DNA from: Xylanibacter ruminicola 23
GTDB lineage: Bacteria; Bacteroidota; Bacteroidia; Bacteroidales; Bacteroidaceae
Assembly (NCBI RefSeq): GCF_000025925.1
Contig: NC_014033.1
Coordinates: forward strand, 330,001 to 362,000
Direction: 5' to 3'
DNA: 32,000 nucleotides
Shown here one piece after another: positions 15,726-23,831 of the stretch. The position numbers were made by a program, and so were the translations under genes. Each line of letters begins with the position of its first letter. Position 1 is the stretch's first letter. Under the pieces are notes generated by a model that was not told the DNA's origin, searched no databases, and saw nothing but the letters and a program-made list of their open reading frames with translations.

Positions 15726-15775
15726 TAAATCCCAAGGCCAAATGGTATGGCTTTGGGATTTTTTGTTTATATTTG
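15726..15775 (+). terminator. Terminator-promoter cassette, copy B (hairpin 15727-15761, T-run, -7 box TATATTTG 15768-15775)
   Basis: Same hairpin as copy A. Terminates the MBL gene and supplies the -7 box for the next gene. Confidence 0.8.
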
Positions 15776-15803
15776 CCGCGCATTATGAAAACATTAATAC
15801 CAG

Positions 15804-16643
15804 ATGATGAGAATACAAATGCGTAAATTTATCCTTTTATTCCTCAGTGCCGTATTGTTAGGCAGTATGGTATCGTTTGCCTCGTGTACGGTAGGCAAGG
15901 ATAATACTATCATTGTAAACCAGCCCACCATCAACCGTATTCAGGAGCGTGGCACCATCCTGATTGGCACTACGGGCGATTATCGTCCGTTAACCTTCCG
16001 CGAGGCCGACGGCACGTACTGGGGATTCGGTATCGAGGTGGCTGGTCAGATTGCCAAGCGCCTGGGCGTAAACATACAGTTTGTGCCAACCTCGTGGCCT
16101 ACACTTTCTACCGATGTTACGTCCAATCCGCAAGCATTCGATCTGGCCATTGGCGGCATCACCATCACCGATGCCCGCAAACAAACCATGCTGATGAGCG
16201 ATGGCTATCTGGCTAATGGTAAAACCATTCTGTGCCGGGCATCCGAGGCCGACCGCTACCAGAAACTGGCAGATATCGATAAGCCCGATGTACGTGTGAT
16301 GGTGAACCCTGGCGGACTGAACGAGAAGTTTGCCAACCAGAATCTTACTCATGCCACCATCATTGTGCATGATAAGAACGAGGAGATACCATCGCTCATA
16401 GCCGAGGGCCAAGCCGATGTGATGATAACCGAGATTACCGAGGCACCTTATTATATACAGACCGATACCCGACTGGCAGCCCCGCTACTGAATGCCCCCT
16501 TTACCCATGGCGAGATAGGTGTACTGATGCGCCAGGGACAGGACGACCTGCTGCAACTGGTAAACGACGTCATCAGTCAGATGAAGGCCGACGGCACCCT
16601 GCGCCAACTACACGAGAAATACGGCCTGGTGTATGCTTATTAA
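15804..16643 (+). CDS. Periplasmic substrate-binding-fold lipoprotein, cyclohexadienyl (prephenate/arogenate) dehydratase PheC-like
   Basis: Lipobox SFASC-TVG. The motif run LIGTTGDYRPLTF..GFGIEVAGQIAKRLGV..FVPTSWP.L..D......FD.AIGGI matches what I remember of the PheC/SBP_bac_3 family. The start could instead be ATG 15807 or 15819. Confidence 0.8.
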   Translation: MMRIQMRKFILLFLSAVLLGSMVSFASCTVGKDNTIIVNQPTINRIQERGTILIGTTGDYRPLTFREADGTYWGFGIEVAGQIAKRLGVNIQFVPTSWPTLSTDVTSNPQAFDLAIGGITITDARKQTMLMSDGYLANGKTILCRASEADRYQKLADIDKPDVRVMVNPGGLNEKFANQNLTHATIIVHDKNEEIPSLIAEGQADVMITEITEAPYYIQTDTRLAAPLLNAPFTHGEIGVLMRQGQDDLLQLVNDVISQMKADGTLRQLHEKYGLVYAY

Positions 16644-16655
16644 CCTTTACGTCGA

Positions 16656-17267
16656 TTATGCCTTTACGCCCATAATCGTAGCATAAGTCGGCTTTTTGCG
16701 ATGGATTTCTGTTTGTATAAATCCTGCATCGTCCAGCAATGTTTTCAGCTGTTCAGGTGTATAGGCCGTCATGCCATCCACAATGCTGGTCCACTTCGAA
16801 TCGCTATCCACCACCTCTACCATGATGGCAAATTTGCCACCAGGCTTCAGCACACGACGCACTTCCTGCAAACAGTCGGGTAGGTTAGGCCAGAAATACA
16901 CCGTTTCAACAGCCGTTACAAGGTCGAACATCTCGTCGTTGTAAGGCAACTGTTCGGCTGAACCCTGCGTTACATATACCTGCTTATCCAGTACCTCTGC
17001 GTTTACCTGACGGGCTTTTGTTACGCTCTCCTCCGAGATATCGATGCCATACACCTGCGCATCTTTACTCCTTTTAAGCAGTCGGCGTATGGTAAAACCA
17101 CCTCCGCAGCCCACATCCAGCATCGTCCATCCATCCTGTACGTTCACAAGCTTCAGGCCCCAGTTGGTAAGTGGTGCATGCGTATAATTCATGAAACACA
17201 ACATGGCACGTCCCAGCGATCCTTCAGGTCGTGCACACTGATTAAAAAACGACTTTAATAATCCCAT
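16656..17267 (-). CDS. Class I SAM-dependent methyltransferase
   Basis: Motif I MLDVGCGGGF, post-I DISEE, and LKPGGKF. About 200 aa, Methyltransf_11/25-like. Confidence 0.88.
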   Translation of the reverse strand: MGLLKSFFNQCARPEGSLGRAMLCFMNYTHAPLTNWGLKLVNVQDGWTMLDVGCGGGFTIRRLLKRSKDAQVYGIDISEESVTKARQVNAEVLDKQVYVTQGSAEQLPYNDEMFDLVTAVETVYFWPNLPDCLQEVRRVLKPGGKFAIMVEVVDSDSKWTSIVDGMTAYTPEQLKTLLDDAGFIQTEIHRKKPTYATIMGVKA

Positions 17268-17339
17268 TCTTGTTTATATTTGATTACTGCGTGCAAAATT
17301 ACGGCAAAATAATAAGGTGCGCAATACCTAAAACTCGGT
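17265..17339 (-). repeat. Duplicated segment R2, right copy (native methyltransferase promoter; -7 box TAATTTTG at 17294-17301)
   Basis: Its reverse complement aligns to 11826-11900 (68/75). Here the flanking hairpin is complete. Confidence 0.85.
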
Positions 17340-17358
17340 GTTTAAAGCATTGCGCACC
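17316..17358 (-). terminator. Intrinsic terminator after the lipoprotein/aminopeptidase unit
   Basis: Perfect 10-bp inverted repeat, GGTGCGCAAT (17316-17325) and ATTGCGCACC (17349-17358). On the minus strand it is followed by TTATTATTTTG. Confidence 0.6.
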
Positions 17359-17402
17359 CGTGGGTACAAATCGTATTAATCAAAAGTTGGTATCCCGCAC
17401 CA

Positions 17403-17915
17403 TCATCGTGTTTCGGCGATGTGGCGAATGCAGTCGGCCTTGTGATTGTCGAAGTCGGCTAACAGCCATTGGTCATCCACAAACTCCATCATTAGCTGGT
17501 GCTCCTCGATGTCGGTTGTTTCGTCAAAACTTCCGTTCTCCCACTTCTGACGTACTTTGATGGTGGCTGTGGCATGGGTGGCATCGGTGATATCTACGCT
17601 TGCCACCTCGTAGTCGGCTATGGTGCCGCCATTGCCTGTTACAAAGTAGTACAGCCACTCGTGATCCATGGCCTCGTGCTCGGGCAGATGATTGAACATG
17701 GTGTCGAGCACGGCATAGAAATCCTTGGTGAGATAGGCTTCGGAGCCCGCACGTAATTCGTGGTCGGGGATGTATTGGCACAACTCGGCAGCGCGTTCCA
17801 TGAGCTGCTGCTGGCTGATGTCTGCCGTAGCACTTGCTTGAGGCTTGCGGCTGCACGATGATGGCACTATGATGGCCATCATCGCTGCTACTGCCGCAAC
17901 TATTATCTTCTTCAT
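17403..17915 (-). CDS. Hypothetical lipoprotein
   Basis: Lipobox IIVPSSC-SRK. 170 aa, with coding-like composition. It lies 9 nt downstream of the aminopeptidase gene on the same strand. Confidence 0.78.
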   Translation of the reverse strand: MKKIIVAAVAAMMAIIVPSSCSRKPQASATADISQQQLMERAAELCQYIPDHELRAGSEAYLTKDFYAVLDTMFNHLPEHEAMDHEWLYYFVTGNGGTIADYEVASVDITDATHATATIKVRQKWENGSFDETTDIEEHQLMMEFVDDQWLLADFDNHKADCIRHIAETR

Positions 17916-17924
17916 TGTATCGGG

Positions 17925-19211
17925 TTACTTAAAAAACTGCGTAAAGGCCTTAACCGTATAAAGGTGATCGGCCACGCTGCCTGTTTCGCGACAACTGTGC
18001 ATGGCCAGAATGGCATTACCCATATCTACACCTCGCAGAGGGATAGACGAGGCTAAGATGTTTCCCAGCGTGCTGCCACCTGCCACATCGGAGTGGTTTA
18101 CAAAGCGCTGACAGGGCACGCCGGCCTCGCGACAAATCTCGGCAAACACGGCTGCCGAAACGGCATCGCTGGCATACTTCTGTGCGGCATTAAACTTGAT
18201 AACCGGTCCACCACCCAGCACGGGATGGTTGGTGGGGTCGTATTTCTCGCTGTAGTTGGGATGCCAGGCGTGGGCATTGTCGGCCGAGATCATAAAGGCC
18301 CGCTCGATGGCCTGGTACCAGGCTTCGGCACTACCGCTTTGGGCCTGGGCGATGCGCTGTAGCATCATGGCCAGGAACGGACTGCCTGCACCCTGCTTGG
18401 TTTGCGAGCCTGTTTCCTCGTTGTCGAAAATGGCCAGCACCTTGGTGGCATCGGCTGTATCGGTATCAATCATGGCCTCGAGTCCGGCAAAGCACATCGA
18501 CAGATCGTCTAAGCGACCCGACGACAGGAACTCATCGTGTACACCAAACGTGCAGGCTGGGGTGGCGTCGGCCAGATACAGGTCGAAATCGAGTACCTCC
18601 TCGGGCTTGATGCTGAGTTCGCCGCAGATGATATTCATCAGCAGATTGCCCTTTTCGAGTTCATCGTTGATGATGCCCAGGATGGGGAGCATATCCTTTT
18701 GCTTGCTGAGCTTCACACCATCGTTTACCTGACGGTTAAAATGGATGGCGAGATTACTGATTTGCAGCAGCGGACGTTTTACGTGCAGCAGCAGTGTGGT
18801 GGGGTTGAGGGCATCGCTGCCACGCACAATCACACGACCTGCGATGGTGAGCGGACGGTCGAACCAGGTTGACATAATGGGACCACCATACACCTCGGTG
18901 TTCAGCTTTACGATGCCACCCTCGCACAGCATCTCGGCGTTGGACTTGATGCGGAAGGTGGGCGAGTCGCAGTGGGCACAGATCATGCGGAACCCAGCCT
19001 CGGCCATAGGCTTACGGCCGATATGGAAGGCATAGACCGACGAATCGTTCTTGGTTACATACAGTCTGTCGCCTGCCTTCACGTTACCAATCGGCTCGTG
19101 AGGGTCGAGTTTACGATAGCCAGCCTTTTCAAGTTCGGTGGCGATATTTTGTGCTGCCAGGAAGTTTACTGGCGAAGCATCCAGGAAATCTAATAATCTT
19201 TTTACGCGCAT
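17925..19211 (-). CDS. M18-family (aspartyl) aminopeptidase
   Basis: 428 aa. N-terminus ...LLDFLDASPVNFLAAQNIATELEKAGY..L, plus CAHCDSP, FDNEETGS..GA and a C-terminal GG.STLG...MHS..E motif series, all typical of M18 aminopeptidases. Confidence 0.88.
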   Translation of the reverse strand: MRVKRLLDFLDASPVNFLAAQNIATELEKAGYRKLDPHEPIGNVKAGDRLYVTKNDSSVYAFHIGRKPMAEAGFRMICAHCDSPTFRIKSNAEMLCEGGIVKLNTEVYGGPIMSTWFDRPLTIAGRVIVRGSDALNPTTLLLHVKRPLLQISNLAIHFNRQVNDGVKLSKQKDMLPILGIINDELEKGNLLMNIICGELSIKPEEVLDFDLYLADATPACTFGVHDEFLSSGRLDDLSMCFAGLEAMIDTDTADATKVLAIFDNEETGSQTKQGAGSPFLAMMLQRIAQAQSGSAEAWYQAIERAFMISADNAHAWHPNYSEKYDPTNHPVLGGGPVIKFNAAQKYASDAVSAAVFAEICREAGVPCQRFVNHSDVAGGSTLGNILASSIPLRGVDMGNAILAMHSCRETGSVADHLYTVKAFTQFFK

Positions 19212-19216
19212 TATAT

Positions 19217-19224
19217 CAAATTTA
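19217..19224 (-). promoter_or_regulatory. -7 box TAAATTTG, 5 nt upstream of the aminopeptidase ATG
   Basis: The minus strand reads TAAATTTGATATAATG. Confidence 0.5.
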
Positions 19225-19299
19225 TGTGGGTATTACTTAATAAACTTTACCTTTTCGGTATTGCGAGGGTGGGGGTGATAGTTTTAAAAATATAGCGAA

Positions 19300-20346
19300 T
19301 TATTTAATTGTAAGCACTACTTGACCTTGGGTGTTGGTGGTTACGATGGCTGTCATCTTGCCCTGACGCCAGTTTTTCTGATCGGTGCTAGTGAAGCCGT
19401 AGGTTTTGAGGTCTTTGCAAAGGGCTTCGGCATCGTCGGTAGCGGTGAGGGTGATGGCGGTGATGGCCTGCTTGCGACGGGCGAGCGAGGCTGTGGCCTG
19501 ATAGCCATCCATCTTAAATGTGGCGGGCAGCACTTTGGCTGTGGCCTTACCTGCTGTGTAATCGTAGCTGGCCAGTACCGATTGCGCGCCTTTCAGGGTG
19601 CGGTTCTGATACAGCAGCACACCCAAACCAACCAAGTCGGTATGGTTGCAGGCAGAGGCCAGTCCGCTGGTGATGGTGCGTGGAGCTGTCTCGTACTCCT
19701 TGTCGTCCATCTCGTTATAAGCCATCTGGTAGGCCTTGGCATCGTCGAGTGCAAAACCAAAGGTATAGCTGCTGGTGAGCGACCCACGCTCGTAATGCAG
19801 GTTAACGGTGCCTAACTGGGTCTGGATGGTGTAGGCCTCGCCTTGATTATCTACAAAGCCACGACCGTAAACCTTAACCAGTTCGGCCTTTACTTTGGCA
19901 AATCGGGCCTTTACCTCTTTTAACGAGGGGTAGATGGTATCTTCGGTTACATCTACGGCATATACGCGGTCGGTCTCGTCGCTTACGGCCAGTGTAACGG
20001 TACACTTGGCACCATACACCTGGCCGTCGTAGGTGTACGACTTGGCGGTGTGCTTGCCTTCGAGTACACGCTCGGTGAATCCTTTCTCAATTAGCTGCTT
20101 CTCGAACAGGCTGGCCTTGATGCCCAAGGGGATGCCCATAAAAGCATTGCGATTATTGGTGTTATCGGCCAGTGTGGCTATATCGGCCATTGCAATCTGT
20201 GCTGCATCATCGATACCATCGGCACTCTTCTTGGCCTTTTTCTCGGTCTTGGCCTTCTTCTTAAAAATCTTCTTGAAAAACTGTGCATCGGCGGGCTGGC
20301 AAACCAACACTGCTGCCAGCAACGCAAAAATAATCTTCTTCATCAT
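19300..20346 (-). CDS. Hypothetical secreted protein with a Lys-rich segment after the signal peptide
   Basis: MMKKIIFALLAAVLVCQPADA-QFFKKIFKKKAKTEKKAKK... -7 box TACCTTTG at 20373-20380 on the minus strand. No family recognised. Confidence 0.75.
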   Translation of the reverse strand: MMKKIIFALLAAVLVCQPADAQFFKKIFKKKAKTEKKAKKSADGIDDAAQIAMADIATLADNTNNRNAFMGIPLGIKASLFEKQLIEKGFTERVLEGKHTAKSYTYDGQVYGAKCTVTLAVSDETDRVYAVDVTEDTIYPSLKEVKARFAKVKAELVKVYGRGFVDNQGEAYTIQTQLGTVNLHYERGSLTSSYTFGFALDDAKAYQMAYNEMDDKEYETAPRTITSGLASACNHTDLVGLGVLLYQNRTLKGAQSVLASYDYTAGKATAKVLPATFKMDGYQATASLARRKQAITAITLTATDDAEALCKDLKTYGFTSTDQKNWRQGKMTAIVTTNTQGQVVLTIK

Positions 20347-20561
20347 ATTACATAACATATTAAAATCAGGGGCAAAGGTAAATAAAAAACTACGATAAAA
20401 CGTGCCTTTGCAGCGAATATTAGGAAAGTTTAGAACTTATGCACCTTTATTTTTATGTGGTTTTTGTTGATTAAAAAAGCCCGTTGGCTGAAATTATTTG
20501 CGCAGAATAATGAGTTGTTTTACTTTTGCAGCGTAATTAAACAAATAAACATAAAATACAA

Positions 20562-20687
20562 ATGAAACAGATTTTTGGGGTAATCGTGCATCTGATTGGG
20601 TATGTGTTACTGCTTGGAATGTTTGCGATAGCATTGATTAGCGTTGTGTTTGAAAAACCAGTACACCCGCACGGAATCGAACCGTGA
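20562..20687 (+). CDS. Candidate 41-aa hydrophobic mini-protein
   Basis: Hand translation: MKQIFGVIVHLIGYVLLLGMFAIALISVVFEKPVHPHGIEP*. Preceded by -7 box TACTTTTG (20521-20528) and an A-rich leader. The last 26 nt overlap the opposite-strand tRNA-Arg. Confidence 0.25.
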   Translation: MKQIFGVIVHLIGYVLLLGMFAIALISVVFEKPVHPHGIEP

Positions 20688-20733
20688 CCAACGGAACCGG
20701 AATCCGTTATTCTATCCTTTAAACTACGGGTGC
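20662..20733 (-). tRNA. tRNA-Arg (anticodon CCG)
   Basis: Hand-folded cloverleaf. Acceptor GCACCCG/CGGGTGT (G1-U72 wobble). D stem GTTT/GAAT (AU/GU pairs only). Anticodon stem ACGGA/TCCGT with loop TTCCGGT. T arm CACGG-TTCGATT-CCGTG. -7 box TACCTTTG at 20754-20761. No encoded CCA. Confidence 0.78.
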
Positions 20734-20874
20734 ATGTGTTGCCAAATGCGGTGCAAAGGTACTAAAAAAAAATAATTTAAGCATATAAATACCAAAAATG
20801 TTGGTGGATTAAGTTTAATTTAGTACTTTTGTGCCGCAATTCAATAAAACCAATTAACAAGTAAAAAAGGTAAA

Positions 20875-21438
20875 ATGAAAAAGGTTATAACAACAATCGT
20901 GGTTCTGGCTGTTATAGCAGCGGGAGTTTTCTCGCTCTCGTCATCGTCGGATGATACGGGACAGGAGATTTCTCTTACCAATCTGCTCGACTTGCTGTAC
21001 AACTACGAGGGCACAGGCAGGAGGCCTAATACACCTCTGCAGTTTATCTGTAGAGACGATGTACAGGAAGGCGACAAACACTATGCCGAAGTGGTTTATG
21101 GTCACGGCGTGAAGAAGGGCGACAAGAAAGATGTGGGCTACGAGATTACTACCTCATCGCCTCATGCTTATTTCTTCTGCATGAGTTTCGATTCGTCAGT
21201 AACAGCAGGTCTTTATTACGTAGACAAGGGCGATGCCGAACGTTTCCTGGCACGTATTGCTCAGGAGAAAACGGTGCAGTTTAACGGTAAGACCTTTAAC
21301 GTGATTACCAAGCCCGACGATAAGCGCCTGTATATTACCAACCCTTGGGGCGACGGCAATTATGAAACACAGTTTGCCGTGTACCCAATAACAAAGGAAG
21401 GCGATTTTTATCGCATTGAGATAGAGGTATACGATTAA
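20875..21438 (+). CDS. Hypothetical protein with N-terminal signal/anchor
   Basis: MKKVITTIVVLAVIAAGVFSLSSSSDD... -7 box TACTTTTG at 20824-20831. No family recognised. Confidence 0.72.
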   Translation: MKKVITTIVVLAVIAAGVFSLSSSSDDTGQEISLTNLLDLLYNYEGTGRRPNTPLQFICRDDVQEGDKHYAEVVYGHGVKKGDKKDVGYEITTSSPHAYFFCMSFDSSVTAGLYYVDKGDAERFLARIAQEKTVQFNGKTFNVITKPDDKRLYITNPWGDGNYETQFAVYPITKEGDFYRIEIEVYD

Positions 21439-21453
21439 AACAATATTTGATTA

Positions 21454-23499
21454 TTAAATCGGTAGCTGCATGATAAAGCGTGCGCCGGCAGTATAGGTGG
21501 TATCAAGTTTGATATCACCTTTTAAATTGCGTGCCAGTGAGCGTGCTATCGAAAGACCGATACCTGTACCATCGGTGTACTCGTCGAGCTGCACAAACTC
21601 GGTAAAGATATTCTCGGCCTGATCGGCTGGCACGCCAATACCTGTATCTTCTACGCTGAAAATCACGTTCTGTCCGTCGATGTTTACATTGAGTACCACG
21701 CTGGCCTTGCCTTCGGGCGCCTTGCCCTTAAAGGCGATGGGCTGGGTAAACTTCTGGGCGTTGTCGAGCAGCAATGCCAAGGCCTTGACAGCCGATTTGA
21801 GATGGGTGGTGAGGATAACCTGACTGGTGCGTGCACCCAGCTTAAGATTAAAGTCGAGGTGGGTGGCCTGTGTAATGCCTGCCTGCTGGGCGGCCTGATA
21901 GGCGATGTCGGCAGGGCATATCTTATCGTTACACTCGGCACAGGTATGGGCGTTAACCATACTCAAGTCAAGCATCTTATCAACCAAACGGGTGATGCGC
22001 TCGCTGTTTTCTACAATCTTCTTGCTGATTGACTGCAGTTCGTCGGCGCTGATCTCGATATCAGGGGCTGCCAGTACCTGCGTAAAGCCCGAAAGTACAT
22101 TAAGCGGTGTGCGCACCTCGTGTGATATCTGATGGATAAACTTACTCTTCATACGCTCTGATTCCTCGGCACGCTCGTTGGCCTCGATAAGCTGTTTGTT
22201 GGTGTCGCTCAGCTTCTTGAAGGCTTTGCGGCGCTGTACCAGATGCAGGTGCAGCAGGATGATGAATACCAGACTTACGCCAATTACCCAAAGCATGCGT
22301 TGCTGACTCAACTGGGCACGTTGCTCGGCTATCTCGCGCTCTTTGCCCTCGGTATCGTAAACGGTAGAAAGCAGATCGGCATCGATAATCTTCTGGCGCA
22401 CCAGGGCCGAATCGTACAGATTGGCAATCCTGGTAGCCACCTGGAGTGCTGAATCACAATGACCCGCCATCAGGTTGACGTGGAATTTAGGTATCATAAA
22501 GCGACCGATATTCTCAAGGTCGGCCTCTTCGTAGGCACCCTCGGTCATAAACTTATCAAGCTGGGTCATGTTTTTGGCAGCCTCTTCGTATCGGTGGGTG
22601 GCCATCAGGTATCGGCAGCTGTTAATCAGGCTGCCTGGCTGTTTCGAAGTGGCTGTAGATGAGTATTCGGCAAATGCCTTCTCGGCATAGTCGATACGTC
22701 CCAAAGCATGTGCCTGCATGGCGCGGGTGTAGCTGATTTCGGCCTTCATCTCATCCAGATAAACAGGGTCGGCCTTGGGAAGTTTCAAGGCTTGTTCGTA
22801 CAGTGAGTCCTGGGCCAGGATCCATGGAGTTACCTCGCTATAGTAACCACGACGCATGTAAACGGTGGCGATGGCATTCATGGTTTTCTGGCACTCGCGC
22901 AGATCGAGGTCGCCGTTGTTGGTCTTCAGACGTTCCTTGATGGCTTTCAACGACTTTTTGAAGTTTTGCATGGCATCGGCATTCTGTCCCAGACAGAGCT
23001 GGCACTCGCCAATCATCTGGGCAATGTCCTGATGGTCGGTAAACGCATTGTAGCCAGCAGCCCTTAGTTTGCGGTCGGCATTACGAGCCTGTCGCAGGGC
23101 GCGATCGTAGCGGCGCATATCGCACAGCATGCGTATATAATCCTTACTTGAGTAGATATATGATTCGAGATCGGCCTCGGTAATCAGCTCGCTCACGTTC
23201 ACGTCGGCCAGCTGGTTGTAAAGACTCAGCGAGGCGCGGTATTTGCCCATCAGGTTAAACGCTACGGTTTTATAGAATATGGCTTTTACCCTCGAAATAT
23301 CGCCTGTCTGCTGGAAACTGTCGCAGGTAGCCAGGAATTTGGGCCAGTCGCGTTCGTCGCTAATAGCCGAAACAATCGAGTCGGCTATCCCATAACCATC
23401 GGCAGCCTCGAAATTATTATTTTGTTTCTTTTGCTCGCAACTACCAAGAGTTGACAGTGCTAAAGTGATGAATATCAGTCTGATACAGAGTTTTGTCAT
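21454..23499 (-). CDS. Orphan sensor histidine kinase with N-terminal TPR-like sensor, coiled coil and a single TM segment
   Basis: Start at ATG 23497-23499 (MTKLCIRLIFITLALSTLGSC-EQKK, lipobox); -7 box TACCTTTG at 23522-23529. TM segment MLWVIGVSLVFIILLHLHLV. H-box FIHQISHEVRTPLNVL. N box LLLDNAQKFT, then DTGIGV and GTGIGLSIA. No response regulator gene adjacent. Confidence 0.9.
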   Translation of the reverse strand: MTKLCIRLIFITLALSTLGSCEQKKQNNNFEAADGYGIADSIVSAISDERDWPKFLATCDSFQQTGDISRVKAIFYKTVAFNLMGKYRASLSLYNQLADVNVSELITEADLESYIYSSKDYIRMLCDMRRYDRALRQARNADRKLRAAGYNAFTDHQDIAQMIGECQLCLGQNADAMQNFKKSLKAIKERLKTNNGDLDLRECQKTMNAIATVYMRRGYYSEVTPWILAQDSLYEQALKLPKADPVYLDEMKAEISYTRAMQAHALGRIDYAEKAFAEYSSTATSKQPGSLINSCRYLMATHRYEEAAKNMTQLDKFMTEGAYEEADLENIGRFMIPKFHVNLMAGHCDSALQVATRIANLYDSALVRQKIIDADLLSTVYDTEGKEREIAEQRAQLSQQRMLWVIGVSLVFIILLHLHLVQRRKAFKKLSDTNKQLIEANERAEESERMKSKFIHQISHEVRTPLNVLSGFTQVLAAPDIEISADELQSISKKIVENSERITRLVDKMLDLSMVNAHTCAECNDKICPADIAYQAAQQAGITQATHLDFNLKLGARTSQVILTTHLKSAVKALALLLDNAQKFTQPIAFKGKAPEGKASVVLNVNIDGQNVIFSVEDTGIGVPADQAENIFTEFVQLDEYTDGTGIGLSIARSLARNLKGDIKLDTTYTAGARFIMQLPI

Positions 23500-23580
23500 C
23501 GTTAAGTTGTTTTTTATGGCGCAAAGGTACAAAAAAGGAACGAAACCCGCAAGCGAAAATCGAGTTTTCTGCTCGGACAC

Positions 23581-23612
23581 AAAAAAAGAGCTCAGCGTTT
23601 AAGCTAAGCTCT
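23581..23612 (-). terminator. Intrinsic terminator of tRNA-Ser
   Basis: The minus strand has an AAGAGCT..AGCTCTT stem followed by T7. Confidence 0.8.
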
Positions 23613-23615
23613 TAG

Positions 23616-23700
23616 CGGAGAGAGAGGGATTCGAACCCCCGGTGCCTCTCAGCACGGTAGTTTTCAAGACTACTGTAATCGACCACTCTACCATCTCTCC
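23616..23700 (-). tRNA. tRNA-Ser (anticodon TGA)
   Basis: Acceptor GGAGAGA/TCTCTCC plus discriminator G. Anticodon loop CTTGAAA. Long variable arm (CGTGCTGAGAGGCACC). T loop GGGGG-TTCGAAT-CCCTC. -7 box TACCTTTG at 23728-23735. Confidence 0.9.
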
Positions 23701-23818
23701 AGTGCTCTTCTGTCTCGAAAGCGGGTGCAAAGGTAAGGAGATTTTTTTGAATAAACAAATTTTTCGCCAACTTTTTATAAAATATTTGTGATTTTGCGCA
23801 TTTTTGCTCCATTTTTAC

Positions 23819-23826
23819 TACCTTTG
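23819..23826 (+). promoter_or_regulatory. -7 box TACCTTTG, 5 nt upstream of the mutS2 GTG
   Basis: TACCTTTGCACCCGTG. Confidence 0.5.
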
Positions 23827-23831
23827 CACCC

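Noticed and set aside
16644-16655. Missing terminators at the convergent gene pairs 16643/16656 and 8924/8925
   Set aside because: The spacing is only 12 nt and 0 nt, with no hairpin. This is notable, but such tight convergent junctions are common, and I see no further structure to interpret.
11826-17339. Interpretation as a classical Bacteroides invertible-promoter (phase-variation) switch
   Set aside because: Classical invertible promoters are a few hundred bp long, have short inverted repeats and a nearby tyrosine or serine recombinase. Here the repeats are 5.4 kb apart, both copies carry promoters pointing inward, and no recombinase is in the window. I keep it as a rearrangement scar or possible large inversion, not as a promoter switch.
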